This document shows, piece by piece, positions 37,306 through 50,700 of a stretch of 64,000 bases of DNA. The stretch is taken from the NCBI GenBank assembly GCA_964016885.1, contig OZ024742.1, forward strand, positions 46,376,001 to 46,440,000. Reading direction: 5' to 3'. This DNA comes from Eledone cirrhosa (taxonomy: Eukaryota). Position numbers and translations under genes: made by a program. The notes beneath the pieces were generated by a model. The model was not told the DNA's origin. It did no database searches and saw only the letters and a program-made list of their open reading frames with translations. Each line of letters starts with the position of its first letter. Position 1 is the stretch's first letter.

Positions 37306-40300
37306 TACTCTTTGAGTCTCAGTCATTGATGTTAGTTAACTGGAAAGTTTGTTGAAATGAATATCAAACCACTACCTGTAGCCTCAGATATTCAGGACGT
37401 ATCGGAGGGTTCTTGCTGTTCCCAGCAAGCATGCCTTTTGAAGCGCTCCAAAAAGCGTGAAGAGGCCAATTTTCTTTAATCATCCCTGGAAACGTTTTGA
37501 GATAGTCCCTAGTGCGCCTATGACAATCGGGATCACTTTGACTTCATGGCAGTTCCAAATCCTTTTTACCTCCCACTTTAAGTCCTGGTATCGGTTAATT
37601 TTCTCCCTCTCCTTCTCTTGCACTCTCGTGTCGAATGGGGAGGCCACATCCAAAATCAGGCACGATCATTTTTCTTTGTCCACAACCACCAGGTCAGGTC
37701 TATTGTGTTCCAGTTTCTTGTCCGTCTGTATCCTAAAATCCCACAGCACCTTCACCTGGTCGTTTTCTATCACCGACTCTTGCTTATGCTCATACCACTT
37801 CTCAGAATGTGGTGAATTGTTTACTTTGCATAGGTTCCATAGGATCACCCTGCCCATCACATCATGTCTCCAACCCTTATAGTGAGTCTGGGCTAGGTGT
37901 TTACACTCGGATACAATGTGAGCCACAGTCTCCTCTCTCTCTCCACAGATCCTGCACAGTGGGCTAGCCTCCTCCTTGTAAATATGGTGTTTCAGCCACT
38001 TCGTTTTGAGGGCCTGCTCCTGCGCAGCCATTAACATTCCTTCTGTAGCCTTTTTAAGGTCTCCTCTTCTCAACCAGTTCCATATCTGTGGATCTCTGAA
38101 TTCCGTTTTCTCAAAGAAGGTACTATGAAGGGATTTTTCATGAATGTTGCTCTTTCTCCTTGTTGTTATTTCCTTCCTGGACATCCCCTTGTCTATTGTC
38201 CTCTCCTTCAGTACAATTCTGAGCATTAGCTTCTTACTATCGGTCACGTATTTGTGTAGGTTGTTTTTCTCAATCTGAACACAGTCCTCTATGCTGATAA
38301 GACCTCTTCCACCTTCAGATCTCCTTAAGTAGAATCTATCGACATCACTCCTCTTGTGGAACATGTTGTAGATAGTCAATAGCTTCCTAGTCTTCCTATC
38401 CATTTCTTTTTGTTCAGCAACATTCCATCTCAGAATTCCCGCACTGTACCTAATAATAGACACAGCTCGGGAATTTACTGCTATGGCATTCTTACTGTTC
38501 ATATGTGACTTTAATACGCTCCTTACTCTCCGAATGTATTCAGATCTTATCAATTCCTTCATTTTTTTGTTCTTGATGTCATCAGCCTCCAGAACACCCA
38601 AATAATTGTATCCTTCTTCAGTGTCAATTTCCTTTATCATCTCACCTGTTGGTACCTGAAATTCCGTTGCTTCTGCTCAATTTACCCCCTCTTCATCACA
38701 AGGACTCCACACTTACTAATACCAAATTGCATACATATATCATTGCTGAAAATACGGACAGTGTCAACAAGCACATCCAACTCCTTCTCACCCTTCCCGA
38801 AGAGCTTAAGATCGTCCATGAAGAGGAGGTGATTGGTAGTAAGCTCTCCCTTTGCCAATTTGTATCCTGCTCTCACTTTTCACAGTATAATGGTCAGGGG
38901 TATCAGGGCAAGGACAAACAACAGAGGGGACAGACTATCTCCCTGGAAGATACCTCTCTTGATCTTCACGCCTCCCAAGGATTCTCCAGCTGATATCAAC
39001 TCTGTTTTCCAGGACTTCATACTTTTGCTCAACAACTGTCTGATGTTATCTGCCACCTTGAAGATCACTAGGCTTTTGGTGATCCAAGAATGAGGCACCA
39101 TGTCAAATGCCTTTTTGTAGTCTATCCATCCCATGGCAAGACCAGTGTGTCTCCTCTTGCAATTCCTCATTACCATCTTATCAATAAGTAACTGGTCCTT
39201 TGTACCACGGGACTTTTTTCGGCATCCTTTCTGTTCGTCCGGTAACAAGTCGTTTGCGTGGAGGTGATGGTAGATTTCCTCAGACATAATGCTTGTCAAC
39301 AGTTTCCACATTACGGACAGACATGTGATAGGTCTATAGTTGGTAACATCATTACTCTTGATTCGGTCTTTCATTACCAGAACTGTGGTACCTTTTGTCA
39401 ACCACTCTGGTACCTCACCTGACGTCAAGCAGTCATTGAACATGGTTGTCAGTTTCGGGTGGAGGGATGTTACATTTTTACTCCAATACCCCTGCACACC
39501 GTCTGGGTCTGGTGATTTCCAGTTTGTTAGTTTTTTGGCCTGCCCCTTAAGAGTTTCAACTGTGATACTCAAATCAGTTTGTTGGTGTGCCTGTTCACTA
39601 ATCTCCTTCTGTACTGTCTCAATCCACACTGCCTGGTCATTATGTTTAACATCCTGCTCCCATATTCCTCTCCAGAATGCCTTAGTTTGTTCCGCCTCAG
39701 GGATCAAGTCGTTGCCTCTTTCTTTCCCTTCAAGCTGTCCAAACAACATCTTCTGGTTGTTGTCAAACATGCGGTTCAGTCTATACTGACTGACTCTGCT
39801 CTTGTATCGCCTATTTTTTGCACTCTTTGCTACAATGCGTTGCTTCAGTTCCTCTATGATAATATTTAACCTTTTCCTCCTAGTTTTGTACTTTATTTCC
39901 AGTCTACTTTTAGTGTCTATGTTTTTTAGTGTCCCATTCAGCAGGGACTCAAGCTTTCCAATGTCATTTCTCATTTCCCTGATTTGACCATTCAGTCGTT
40001 TCTTCCACCAAGGTTCTGATCTTTCTTGTTTGTTGTTTCCTCTCGCTTTTATGCCAAGTAATTTCCTCACCGCATTTGCTGTTGCTTTGAGGATATTGTT
40101 GCACTGGTGAAGGCTCCTCGTCTCAAGGTATGGGATGACTTTGTTTACCTTAGCTGTTGTTTCTTTTAACTTTTTCCTGTCTACAAATCTTAGGTTCATA
40201 GGTTTCCCCACTATCATTGTTCATTTCATCTACCACTAAGTTTAAGATATCAACCAAATCTTGTCCTAGCCCGTCAGCATTCATCTCCTCAATGGCCGTA

Positions 40301-40920
40301 TCTTTGTTCCAGGTATTATTTATTTCAGCATTCAGATCATTGTCTGCTTCGGATGGTTCCTCCGTTCTCTCAACCTCTTCACCTTCATTTCCAACTGGCT
40401 CGTTTGCCTGGCATACTCCACTCTCCATCTCCAAGCTAATCTCTCTGCTCAGTTCCTCCAGTTCCAGCTCGCTTATCCACCCATTAGTTCTTATTACCCG
40501 AGCCTGCCCGGCCAATTTTTGTTCATCTAATTTAAATAGACCAATCTCGTTCCAGATGTTATGCATCCGTTTCCTATAGCCTTTTTCCTTGGGGTTACTC
40601 TTCAGGTAAAATTGCCTAACAGTTCTAGTCAATTCTTTCATCCAGTTGGTTCTGGTCCCTTTCCTTCTGCTTCCTCCGACACCAGCAGTATTTGGTTGAC
40701 AGCCAGGTCCCTGTTGCTGAGCCAGGGAGCACCTGCTGGGTGAGAGTCTGTCACATGACATTCCAGTCTCCACTTCACCGTTATTCGAACTGTTTAGGTT
40801 CGACATTGAAACACTCTTATCGAGGATTGGTGAATGTATGGTTACATAACCACCGGTGATTTCATCACCTCCGGTGATTTGATCACCCTCGGTGATTTTA
40901 GCGTGGCACTATCACGCTGT
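37306..40920 (-). mobile_element. R4/Dong-like non-LTR retrotransposon (single ORF ~40806-37384, RT plus RLE endonuclease, frameshifted)
   Basis: YRPITCL, DYKKAFD, RGIFQGDSLSP, HLLFMDD, CRICGEREETVAHIVSEC, RHD, NRPDLVVVD; ends in (TAA)n as Dong elements do. Confidence 0.9.
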
Positions 40921-41197
40921 AGACGAACATAAATAAATAAACACACAAATAGGTAAAACCCCACCAAAATAAGCATAAGTTTCATTATAATGTAATGTTT
41001 GAATGTCTGACTTAGTTTTTTTGTTTGTCTGTCTGTTTGCTTTTCTTTTCATTTTTCTTTTCTTTACGTTTTTCGTTGCTGCTGTGCTGTTTTGATTTTG
41101 ACTTTTGACTTTTTGATTTTTTGACCGGGTCATCAAATCAGTCTATTTATATTTTTTGATGCCTTCCTCATTTAGTGGGAATACTATGATGCCTGTC

Positions 41198-41345
41198 TTA
41201 GCAGGAGGTAGTGGGAGAGAATAGTGGCGGTAGCGATAATGAGGCAGTGGTGGTGGTGGTGATGTACTAGTAGTACTTAGCAGCAGGTAGTGGGAGAGAA
41301 TAGCGGCGGTAGCGATAATGAGGCAGTGGTGGTGGTGGTGATGTG
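41198..41345. repeat. ~79-bp tandem duplication
   Basis: ttagcag(g/c)aggtagtgggagagaatag..gataatgaggcagtggtggtggtggtgatgt occurs twice. Confidence 0.85.
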
Positions 41346-41720
41346 ATCGTAGTACTGTAGTGATGGTGTTGAAGTTGAAGTAGAAATAGAAGTTGAGGTA
41401 ACTTGACTAGTGTTTTTGGCGTGGTAGTGGTGATGGTGGCGGTGGTGGTGTTGGCGGTGAAATTATTTGCCTGTCTGTCCACTTAGCCATTTTTCTCTTT
41501 TTCGACTATAACATTTCTGATCCAAAATTAAATATTAAATATTGGGGCCCTATGCCGTAATGTGACGCGTTGTCGCCTGCTGAGGGCAAAAAACTGTAAT
41601 CTTATATTTCATTTGTAATAAGAATTATTCTATCACAGTTGTTTTAAATAAGTAAAAATCAAAAAGTTACGGGAGCGATTCCATAACGATATATATCCAC
41701 CATGTGCGTTTTCTTCCCTA

Positions 41721-41860
41721 TTCTTCTTCTTCTTCTTCTTCTTCTTCTTCTTCTTCTTCTTCTTCTTCTTCTTCTTCTTCTTCTTCTTCTTCTTCTTCTT
41801 CTTCTTCTTCTTCTTCTTCTTCTTCTTCTTCTTCTTCTTCTTCTTCTTCTTCTTCTTCTT

Positions 41861-41918
<58 letters not shown>
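41721..41918. repeat. (TTC)n followed by (ATT)n
   Basis: Direct reading. Confidence 0.97.
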
Positions 41919-41919
<1 letters not shown>

Positions 41920-41920
<1 letters not shown>

Positions 41921-42106
41921 AGCTTTCTCCACAAATGTCCCCCGGAAGTCTCCCCCTCCCTATTGGGGAATTTTTCATTGTTATTTTTCTTACATCCTCT
42001 GTTTTTGTTTTTTACACACAGAAATGCCCATTTGTACCGTCCTGTATTGTCCTGTACTGTCCTTAATGTCTACTTTATGTAAACCCTTTTGGTTAATAAA
42101 GACAGC
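41920..42106 (+). mobile_element. Short LINE 3' UTR fragment flanked by ATT repeats
   Basis: cccctccctattggggaattt..cattgttattt resembles the cctcctattggggat..aattgttattt motif of the Tx1 3' UTRs; ends AATAAAGACAGC, then ATTATTATT. Confidence 0.6.
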
Positions 42107-42116
42107 ATTATTATTA

Positions 42117-45100
42117 ATGGTCGTTGAAGCGAATGGACGTACTATCGTGAGCTCGTAAGTTTGTTTTGTTCAACGGTTTGAAATACGTTTGTCATTAATA
42201 TTTTTGTTTCAAACGGGAAACAAGACTTTAGTCTTTGCCCCCAAGAAAGGACTCCCCATAATATTTGGGCCTATTGGCTCAAATATTTAAACTTTGTGTG
42301 TTTAAAAGAAAATTATTCTCTAAAAAAAAACATGGTGGAGGCACGCCCCCCAACTTTGACTTTGCTGTCTTGCGACAGCGAGTTTAACTTTGAGGCTAAT
42401 ATCGCTGCCCCTCCCGCAACAATTTAAAAAAACATTACTAAAAACAGTAAAAACAGTAAAAAAAACAGCCGTGAACAAGAACGACAGCAGCACCAGCAAC
42501 AACGACAGGAAAACCAACGACAACTGCAATAATGACAACACCAACAACAGAAAGAACGACAACAAAGACAACAATATTAACAACAGTGACAACGACAACA
42601 AAGACAACAATATCAACAACAATAACAATAGCAACAGCAACAATATCAACGAAAACAACAACGAAATTAACACCAGTAACCAGAACATAAACAGCGACAG
42701 CACCTACAGCAATAATACCAACTGCACCGAAAACAACAACAACGGCGGCACCAAAGATATAATCAACTGCAACAGTGATAACAGTAACAACACCAACAAG
42801 AACAACGATAACAACAACAACACCACCAACGACAGCAAGAAGAACACTTTCGCTGCGGCAGCAGCCAAAAAGAGGCCATGCTTCAGCATGGACCTCTCGA
42901 ACATTGATTAAAAGTTGGCCTAAGCCTGGTAGCTCATCAAGAAAGTGCAAACCTGGGCCAACTTAACTGTCCCAGTAGAAGCTATTGAAGCAGTGGAGCG
43001 CAGAACGGTGCATTATAGATGCATCTCAGCAGAAACCAAAAGGGCAGCTTTAATTCCACAAGCAGATGTTGAAGTCGCGCTGAGGTGCATCAGAGATGAC
43101 ACCTAATACATAGCGAGGGGCAGACAGTACGGCACCATTTCGGTGCTGTTTAAGTCAGAAGCCCTCGCTATGAAACATGCTATGACACCTTGCAAAACCA
43201 GCAAGGTCATAATGTACCCCTCACCAGGACTTGACACATGGTGGCTTCTGGGATGTGTGATTGTGGAGGTGGCGGATACAGTCCCGATAGAAGTAACAAA
43301 AACTGCCAGAGAGGACTGGTCCGGGGTTGACTTGGAGATACTTCTCCAGATCAAGCCGGAGAATGTCGAAACAATCCCGGACCACATCCGTCTTCAGAAT
43401 GGGACGGTCATTCACATTATGACCGAGGGCAAAAGGCCGCATTGTTTCGTTTGTGGGGAAAAAACCCATTTGCGAGCCTTCTGCCCTCAATTGCTGAAAG
43501 ACGCAAGGGGTCGAAGGACTCCACTGCTGCCGACGCCGGGGCGAAGACCACAACCAACACCAGCACCGGCAAAACCACCAGCAACAACACCAATAGAAGG
43601 ACCACCACCAACATTAACCACCTAGGGGGGAAACGAGGAAAGTTGTCAAATCCCCCCCCTCCCGCCCCAATACACACATCAATAAAAACATAAACACGCA
43701 CACAGACTCAGACACACTTAAAGACACAGATCCCTCATCTACCAGTAGTGAAGATGAGGGAAAACCCAAATCCCCCAAAATACAAAAAAGAAAACACAAA
43801 AAGAGAAAAAAAAGCTCAACAAAGCACAAAAACACCCACAATAAAAAATGCAGACACCACCTACGCAAACATCTCCCCAACAACACCAACATCAACACCA
43901 CTATCACCAGAATCCCCCAAACGCAAACAACCTAAACAGACGCAAGAACAAATACACTCACAAACATCTGAAACCACAGACACTGCACTCACAACAAACA
44001 CAGACACAACTGAAACAACACCATCAAAACCATCACCACCACAGCCACGCAAACAAATAAAATCCCACCAACAAAACATACAAAACTTCGTGCTCGTCAG
44101 GAGGGCCAACAAGGAACTGATGGCCCTCGTAGCACGAAGTGAAGATATACAAAAAGAGGGGGACATTTTTAAATCGAGCACATTTGGCATGCCGGAAATT
44201 TTGTAGTGGCATTGCAACTAACGTGCTAGCGGCGAGAATGGCATTAGATCATTTCTTCAATGCGAAACACGAAGGTTGCATTGTCAGGCGCGTGCACTGA
44301 GAAACGAGTGAACCAAAGCTGTTCGATGGGCCCGCGTGGCAGAGGCGCAGCGTGGTAAGAAAAAACCACGATTCGGTCTTTGACGAACCAAGATGGACAC
44401 GAACTGAACGATTCCAAGCGTATGTGTTAGGCCTTTCGCCAACATTTTGCTCGGTTGTTCGGGGGAAGTGGCGGGTTAGAGACGGTGGCGGACTTCAGTC
44501 CCTACCTCGATGGCTTGCCGCTACTCTCGACTGCCGACGCTGAGCGCTGCGAAAGGCCGATTACTTCAGCCGAGATTCAGGATGCCCTTGTCAGCTGCAC
44601 GAGGCGCAAGTCACCCAGTTTGGATGGTCTGCCCTACGAGGTTTAGGTAAATATGCCAGACTTGTTCTCCGATCTCCTCGAAGCACTCTACTGCAACTGG
44701 CAGCAGAACGGGAATATTCCCAGTTCTGTGAGTCGGGGCGTAGTGACGCTGATAAGGAAAGACGAGAATAAGAGGGACACAGACAATTTCAGGCCCATAA
44801 CCCCGCTCAACACAGAGTTTAAGATTTTGGCCAAGGTGTTAGCGAAGAGGTTAGCGCTTGTCGTCGGGGATTTGGTTGGGGAGGCTCAAACTTGCGCAAT
44901 CCTAACCAGGTCCATATACGACAACCTCCACCTGATGCGATACATCATAGAGAGGGTCGTTTGTAAATCTGGCTTCGGTGGGGATCTGATCAATTTAGAT
45001 CAATCGAAAGCATTCGATAGGTTCGACCATCGGTACCTGGAGGTTGTCCTCAAGGCGGCTGGCTTCGGCCCCGTCTTCAGAAGCTGGATCGCTGCAATGC

Positions 45101-45560
45101 ACAGCAGCACCTGCTCGGTGGTCAAAGTTAATGGTCCCCTCTCGGAACCGTTTCAGATCTCCCGATCGGTCCGTCAAGGGTGCCATCTTTCCTCCCTTCT
45201 GTGCGTGTTGATTCTTGAGCCTTTACTGCGGAAGCTGGAGCTGTTTCAGGGCATCCCTCTCGAACCGGGACGCGGAAGGTCTGTGTGATGCGGACGACAT
45301 CACCGCGATGGTGTCGAATACCTCGGAAATCGAAGTGGTCGGCAACTTATTGGAGGAATATGAAAGGTTGACGGTAGCAAAACTTAACCCGGAAAAGTCG
45401 GTGGCTTGCAACTCGGCACCTGGAAAGGCAAATCTATGCCGTCCAACAGCGACGTTGGGCGCTGGATGGACGGATCGGTAAAGTTGCTCAGGGTTTGGTT
45501 CGGGCCAGACCTCCAGGTGGATAAGAATTGGGACGAGGTGACGGGCAGGGTAGCCCTCCA
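42117..45560 (+). mobile_element. Copy J: divergent, decayed Tx1-like LINE (ORF1 relic, endonuclease deleted at ~44205, partial RT)
   Basis: Asn-rich N-terminus, TFAAAAAK, CFVCGEKTHLRAFC; then AKHEGC, RKSP.LDGLPYE, DQSKAFDR, RQGC. Confidence 0.88.
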
Positions 45561-45900
45561 CGTAGAGAGTACTGGCAGCAGATGGACCACCTCACCAACG
45601 GAACCTGACCCCTCCACAAGAATTTGAAGAGGAGCCGCTCCAAAATGGTGAGGTGCAAACGCGGGCAAGGGACGACGGTCAGAGGGTACTAGATGACGGA
45701 CGCCCATTTCTGGGGGAGACTGGCTACCCTGCCCGTCACCTCGTCCCAATTCTTATCCACCAGGAGGTCTGGCCCGAAAAAAATCCCGAGCAACTTTACC
45801 GGTCCGTCCGTCCAGCGCCCAACGACACTGTTGGACGGCATGGACTTGCCTCTCCAGGTGCCGAGCTGCAAGCCCACTGACTTTTCCGGGTAAAGTTTTG
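45553..45900 (-). mobile_element. Inverted RT fragment of the J-type family
   Basis: Minus strand: GLQLGTWRGKSMP..KNWDEVTGRV..PLTVVPCP..LERLLFKFLW..SICCQ..GG. Confidence 0.88.
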
Positions 45901-46551
45901 GATGTGTGTGTGAGTGAGTATGTGCATGTATGCGCGTGCGTGTGGAATCAAAAAATTAAGATGTCCTTTCATTGCTAATGGTAGCAGCCAAATACCGGCT
46001 TCCCGCGCAGTTGGGTGTTATTTCTAGCAGTTAAAAGGCATTTTGATTTTGTGATTATACACGCATACTTATCTATTTGGACATCTAGATTATATTTTAA
46101 CGGAAGTATTCGTGGTAGCTTTCTTTCGTAACCGACGTTCGATGTGACTCTACTATTCCCGAAAGATATTCTAATACAATCTCACACATCGTGGCCTGCC
46201 CTTTACCAAAATCGTGTTTTAAGGCGAGCGGGGCTTCACGCCTAGCGAAGCCGAAGTAAGTTATAGCCTTTAAAGTACGATCGTGGGCAACCCAGGGGTC
46301 CACTTGCCACATGTATATATACATACATAATTATCGCACAACTTCATATATATATATACTTATATAAGAATCACATCAAGAAAGATGCTGATGTTACATA
46401 AATTGTTTATTCATAATGATTATTTCAACAGTTCTCTTATGCCACCCAAGATGTAATTTATGCATTTGCTGTTGTTATGAGAACGGTATCTTCAGATGAA
46501 AATCTGATTTTGTGATATGCCGCAGTGAAAAAACACGCCCTTCTATTCGTG

Positions 46552-46718
<167 letters not shown>

Positions 46719-47552
46719 TTTCATTAGACTACGATCACGCAGCATGTTATTTTCTTTCATTTTATTCCTTTATACTTATATGGGTTCCAGACATTAGACT
46801 GCAGTCATCCTGGGGCATAGAGAAGAAAAACAAGTAGAGGTGATGGGGATTCGGCCTTCATTTCTTTATATTTCTTTAATTTGTATCAATGCATATTAAC
46901 AGATATGCATTGAGGTGCAATGGTTATATCAATGTTGATATACTTCACATAGCAAGGTAGAGTACCAAACATCTGATATACTGAAGTAAATAAGCGGAGT
47001 AATATACAGTAAAATGTAACGTGAGATGAGAAGGTTTGTTTGGGCTTCGCTGCTACATCTTTAATGGGTGTTTTCTGGAAGGAACCAACAACTGTATAAT
47101 GATTTGTACATTTTTTAATGAAAACGTACTATTTGAAATGCTGAATCACCCATATAATATTTAACAATCTCTATATCGTCAACAGTCTCTAAATGCTGAA
47201 TCATCTTTATTATATTTAATAATCTCTGTATCATTAGCAACTTCTAACTTGATATAAGAAATACAGATAGATTGTTATAACCAAAGGGGGAATATTCTTA
47301 TCTTAGAAACGATAACAAAACTCCAGAACAATCTTTAGAAAATCGAATGAAAATGTAACATTTTCCTTGATCTAACTAATTAGACAGTTCTTCGCTATCT
47401 TCCTGTCCATAATTTCCTTTTTTTCTGTTAATCTCTCTCTATCTATTTTTCTCTCTGTCCCTCTCTACCCCCCTCTCTCTCTCTATCTACCTATCTATCT
47501 GTCTATCGTCTGTCTGTCTGTTTTCTTTTCTATCTAGTTAACTAGCTACCTG

Positions 47553-47701
<149 letters not shown>

Positions 47702-47713
47702 TAATCTAGCTGT

Positions 47714-50700
47714 GTACAACAACAATCTAATAAAAACACAAGGGCCTAACTTCACCCAGGCAGGGGATTTCCCCCACCTCAAAATGATTAAGGCCCCACA
47801 GGACACCTATAAAACTTTAAAAAACAATTTTAAAGAGGACGTGGGTCCCCCCTGCGTCGGGCCCATTAACCGCGTCCTCCTAAAAAACTATCCCACCCCC
47901 TCCCCAAACACCCTCACAACTCCAAGCTCCCCAACCACACAACACACTGATGCCCCCACACTTCCACAAACCACCACCCCACCCAACAACCCATCCCCCA
48001 CCCTAATGGAAATTGTGCAGCCCGATACCCGGGACGCAGAGAGGTAAGTGCCTTTTCTCTTCACCACCAACATGGCTATGCTAAGAGTAGGCTGTTTAAA
48101 TGCGCGTGGCCTGGGCTCAACTTGGAAGCAAGCAATGCTTCTAAATGACCTCAGGTCACAACGTATAGATGTGATGGTTATTTGCGAGGCCCGGATCAGC
48201 AACGTGCGACAGCTGGCCCCCACCTTTGATGACTTTGAGATGCACGCATCTCTCTGTCAGCCCGGAGGTGGGGGTGGAGTTGTCGTTCTGCTGCAAAAAC
48301 ATCTGGGTCTCGCAACACAGATGGTACATTTGGACCCGGAGGGTCGACTAGTGGTTCTGGACCTTGGCAGTGGTAAAGGCGGAGCGTTTAGGTTGGTAGC
48401 CGCCTACGGCCCTTTCGGGTCAATGCGGCCGGACTTCTTCCATCGTCTGGAGACTTTTCTAGGGACGTCCCGCTCCTTGCTATTAGTGGGGGACTGGAAT
48501 GGTATCCTAGATGCACGCTGGGACTACGTAGGGGCCTGCCCCGATAGAGAGGGGTGTAATAGCCTCAAAGGGTTAATCGGTCGATTTGACCTGGCCGATA
48601 GATATCGACTAGATTTTCCGACTGCGCCAACCTGGACTTGGGCAAATCGTAGCGGATCATCTAGGTCGTACCTAGATAGGTTCTTAGTTAGAATTAAGGA
48701 TAAGGACTTTTTAAGTTGTCCAAAAATGCGCATTGTTGGCTATTCAGACCACAAATTAGTGACCTGCATGGTCAACCTTGACAGAACTCATAGACAGGGC
48801 CCCGGTTACTGGAAGCTCAACTTGTCCTTGCCGGCAAGTAGAGCCTACAGGAACCGGATTAGTACGTTAGTTAAGGAACGGTTGACTGGAGCGATCGTCA
48901 ACAGCAGGTGGTGGGTATCTCTAAAGAGAGAGATTAGAGTAGTCTCGATAGAATTTAGTAAGGTTCTAGCTGCGGATAGGAATAGGAAGGAAAGGGAGCT
49001 AATAGATAGAGTAGAAGAGGCAATTAGAAGCGGCGACGTGGCCAGAGTGCTAGCGTCGAGAACGGCTTTGAGCCAGTTTTTCGACGCGAAGCACGAAGGC
49101 TGCGTTGTCCGAAGTAAAATACGTGCTCTAGGGAACGAGGGGACCAAAGCTGTTAGCTGGGCCCGCGTGACAGAGGCCAACAGTGGAACTAAATCCACCA
49201 TCCGGTCTTTGCGAGACCTGGATGGACGGGCGATTCTTGAGCCTAAGCAGATGTGTGAGGCCTTTCAAAGGCACTTTGCCCGACTGTTCGGGAGGGGCGG
49301 GGAGCCGGTTGGGAACGTGGACTTCGGTCCATACCTCGACGGCCTGCCGCGCCTCTCGGACAGGGAGGCGAAGTCCTGCGAGGAGCCGATTTCGGCCGCT
49401 GAGATAGAGGACGTGCTGAGCCAATGCGGCAAACGCAAATCCCCGGGTCTCGATGGTCTTCCTTACGAATTATATCTAGCTATGCCGGACTTGTTCCCCG
49501 ATCTCCTCGAGGCGGTCTACTGCAACTGGCAACAGAACGGGAGAATTCCCTGTACTGTGACCAAGGGCGTAGTCACGCTAGTGAGGAAGGACGAGAACAA
49601 GGGGGACGAAATAAGTAACTTCAGGCCCATAACACTGCTAAATACAGAGTTACAGATTTTGGCCAAGGTGCTAGCAAAGAGGTTGGCGCTTGTCGTGGGC
49701 AACCTGGTGGGAGATACGCAGACATGCGCTATCCCGTCCAGGTCCATCCATGACAACCTCCACCTCATGCGATACATCATAGAGAGGGTTGGGAACGAAC
49801 CCGGCTTTGGTGGGGCTCTGATCAACTTGGATCAATCTAAGGCGTTCGATAGGGTCGACCATGGTTACCTGGATGCGGTGCTAGCGGCGGCAGGCTTCGG
49901 ACCCGTTTTCAGGGGCTGGATCACTGCTATGCACAGCAGCCGCATCTGCTCTAGGGTCAAGGTGAACGGCTACCTCTCGGAGCCGTTCAAAATCGCGCGG
50001 TCCATCCGACAAGGGTGCCCTCTCTCCTCCCTTCTGTATGTGTTGACTCTCGAGCCACTACTGCGGAAGTTGGAGTTGTTGCAGGGCATCCCTTTGGAAC
50101 CGGGATTGCGGAAAGCGGTGTCGGCCTACGCCGATGACGTGACAGTAATGGTGTCGACGGCCTCCGAAATCGAGGCGGTCGGCACCTTACTGGAGGAGTA
50201 CGAAAAGTTCACAGGGGCTAAGCTGAACCGGGACAAGTCGATCGGTTTGCAACTCGGCACGTGGAGGGGCAGACCGATGCCCTCCGATAGCGTCGTCGGA
50301 CGCTGGACGGAGGGCCCGGTGAAGTTGCTCGGGGTCTGGTTCGGACCGGACCTCCAGGTGGAGAAAAACTGGGCGGAGGTTACGAACAGGGTGTTTGCAC
50401 TGACCCAGAAGTGGGCCAGTTGCAAACTATCCCTGAAAGGTCGGGCGGAGGTGGCGAACACCTACATAGCGTCCGTCATCTACTACCGCCTGACCGTAGT
50501 GCCCTGCCCAAGGGAAACCCTCACCAAGATGGAGCGCGCGCTCTTCCAATTCCTTTGGAAGAGGCGGGCTCCTATGGTGAGGAGATCCATCTGCTGTCAA
50601 CACCCTTCGAAAGGAGGGCTGGGGATGCCGTGGCTAATGATGCGTAAACACGCATTAAGGCTACGGCACCTCTACGTATTCCTCACCGGACAACCGGTGT

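Noticed and set aside
40770-40850. HDV-like ribozyme in the R4/Dong 5' region (TTCACC/GGTGAA, TCCTCG, TCGAAC/GTTCGA on minus)
   Set aside because: P1 and P3 could not be paired convincingly and the catalytic C in J4/2 is absent; needs an RNArobo/Infernal search.
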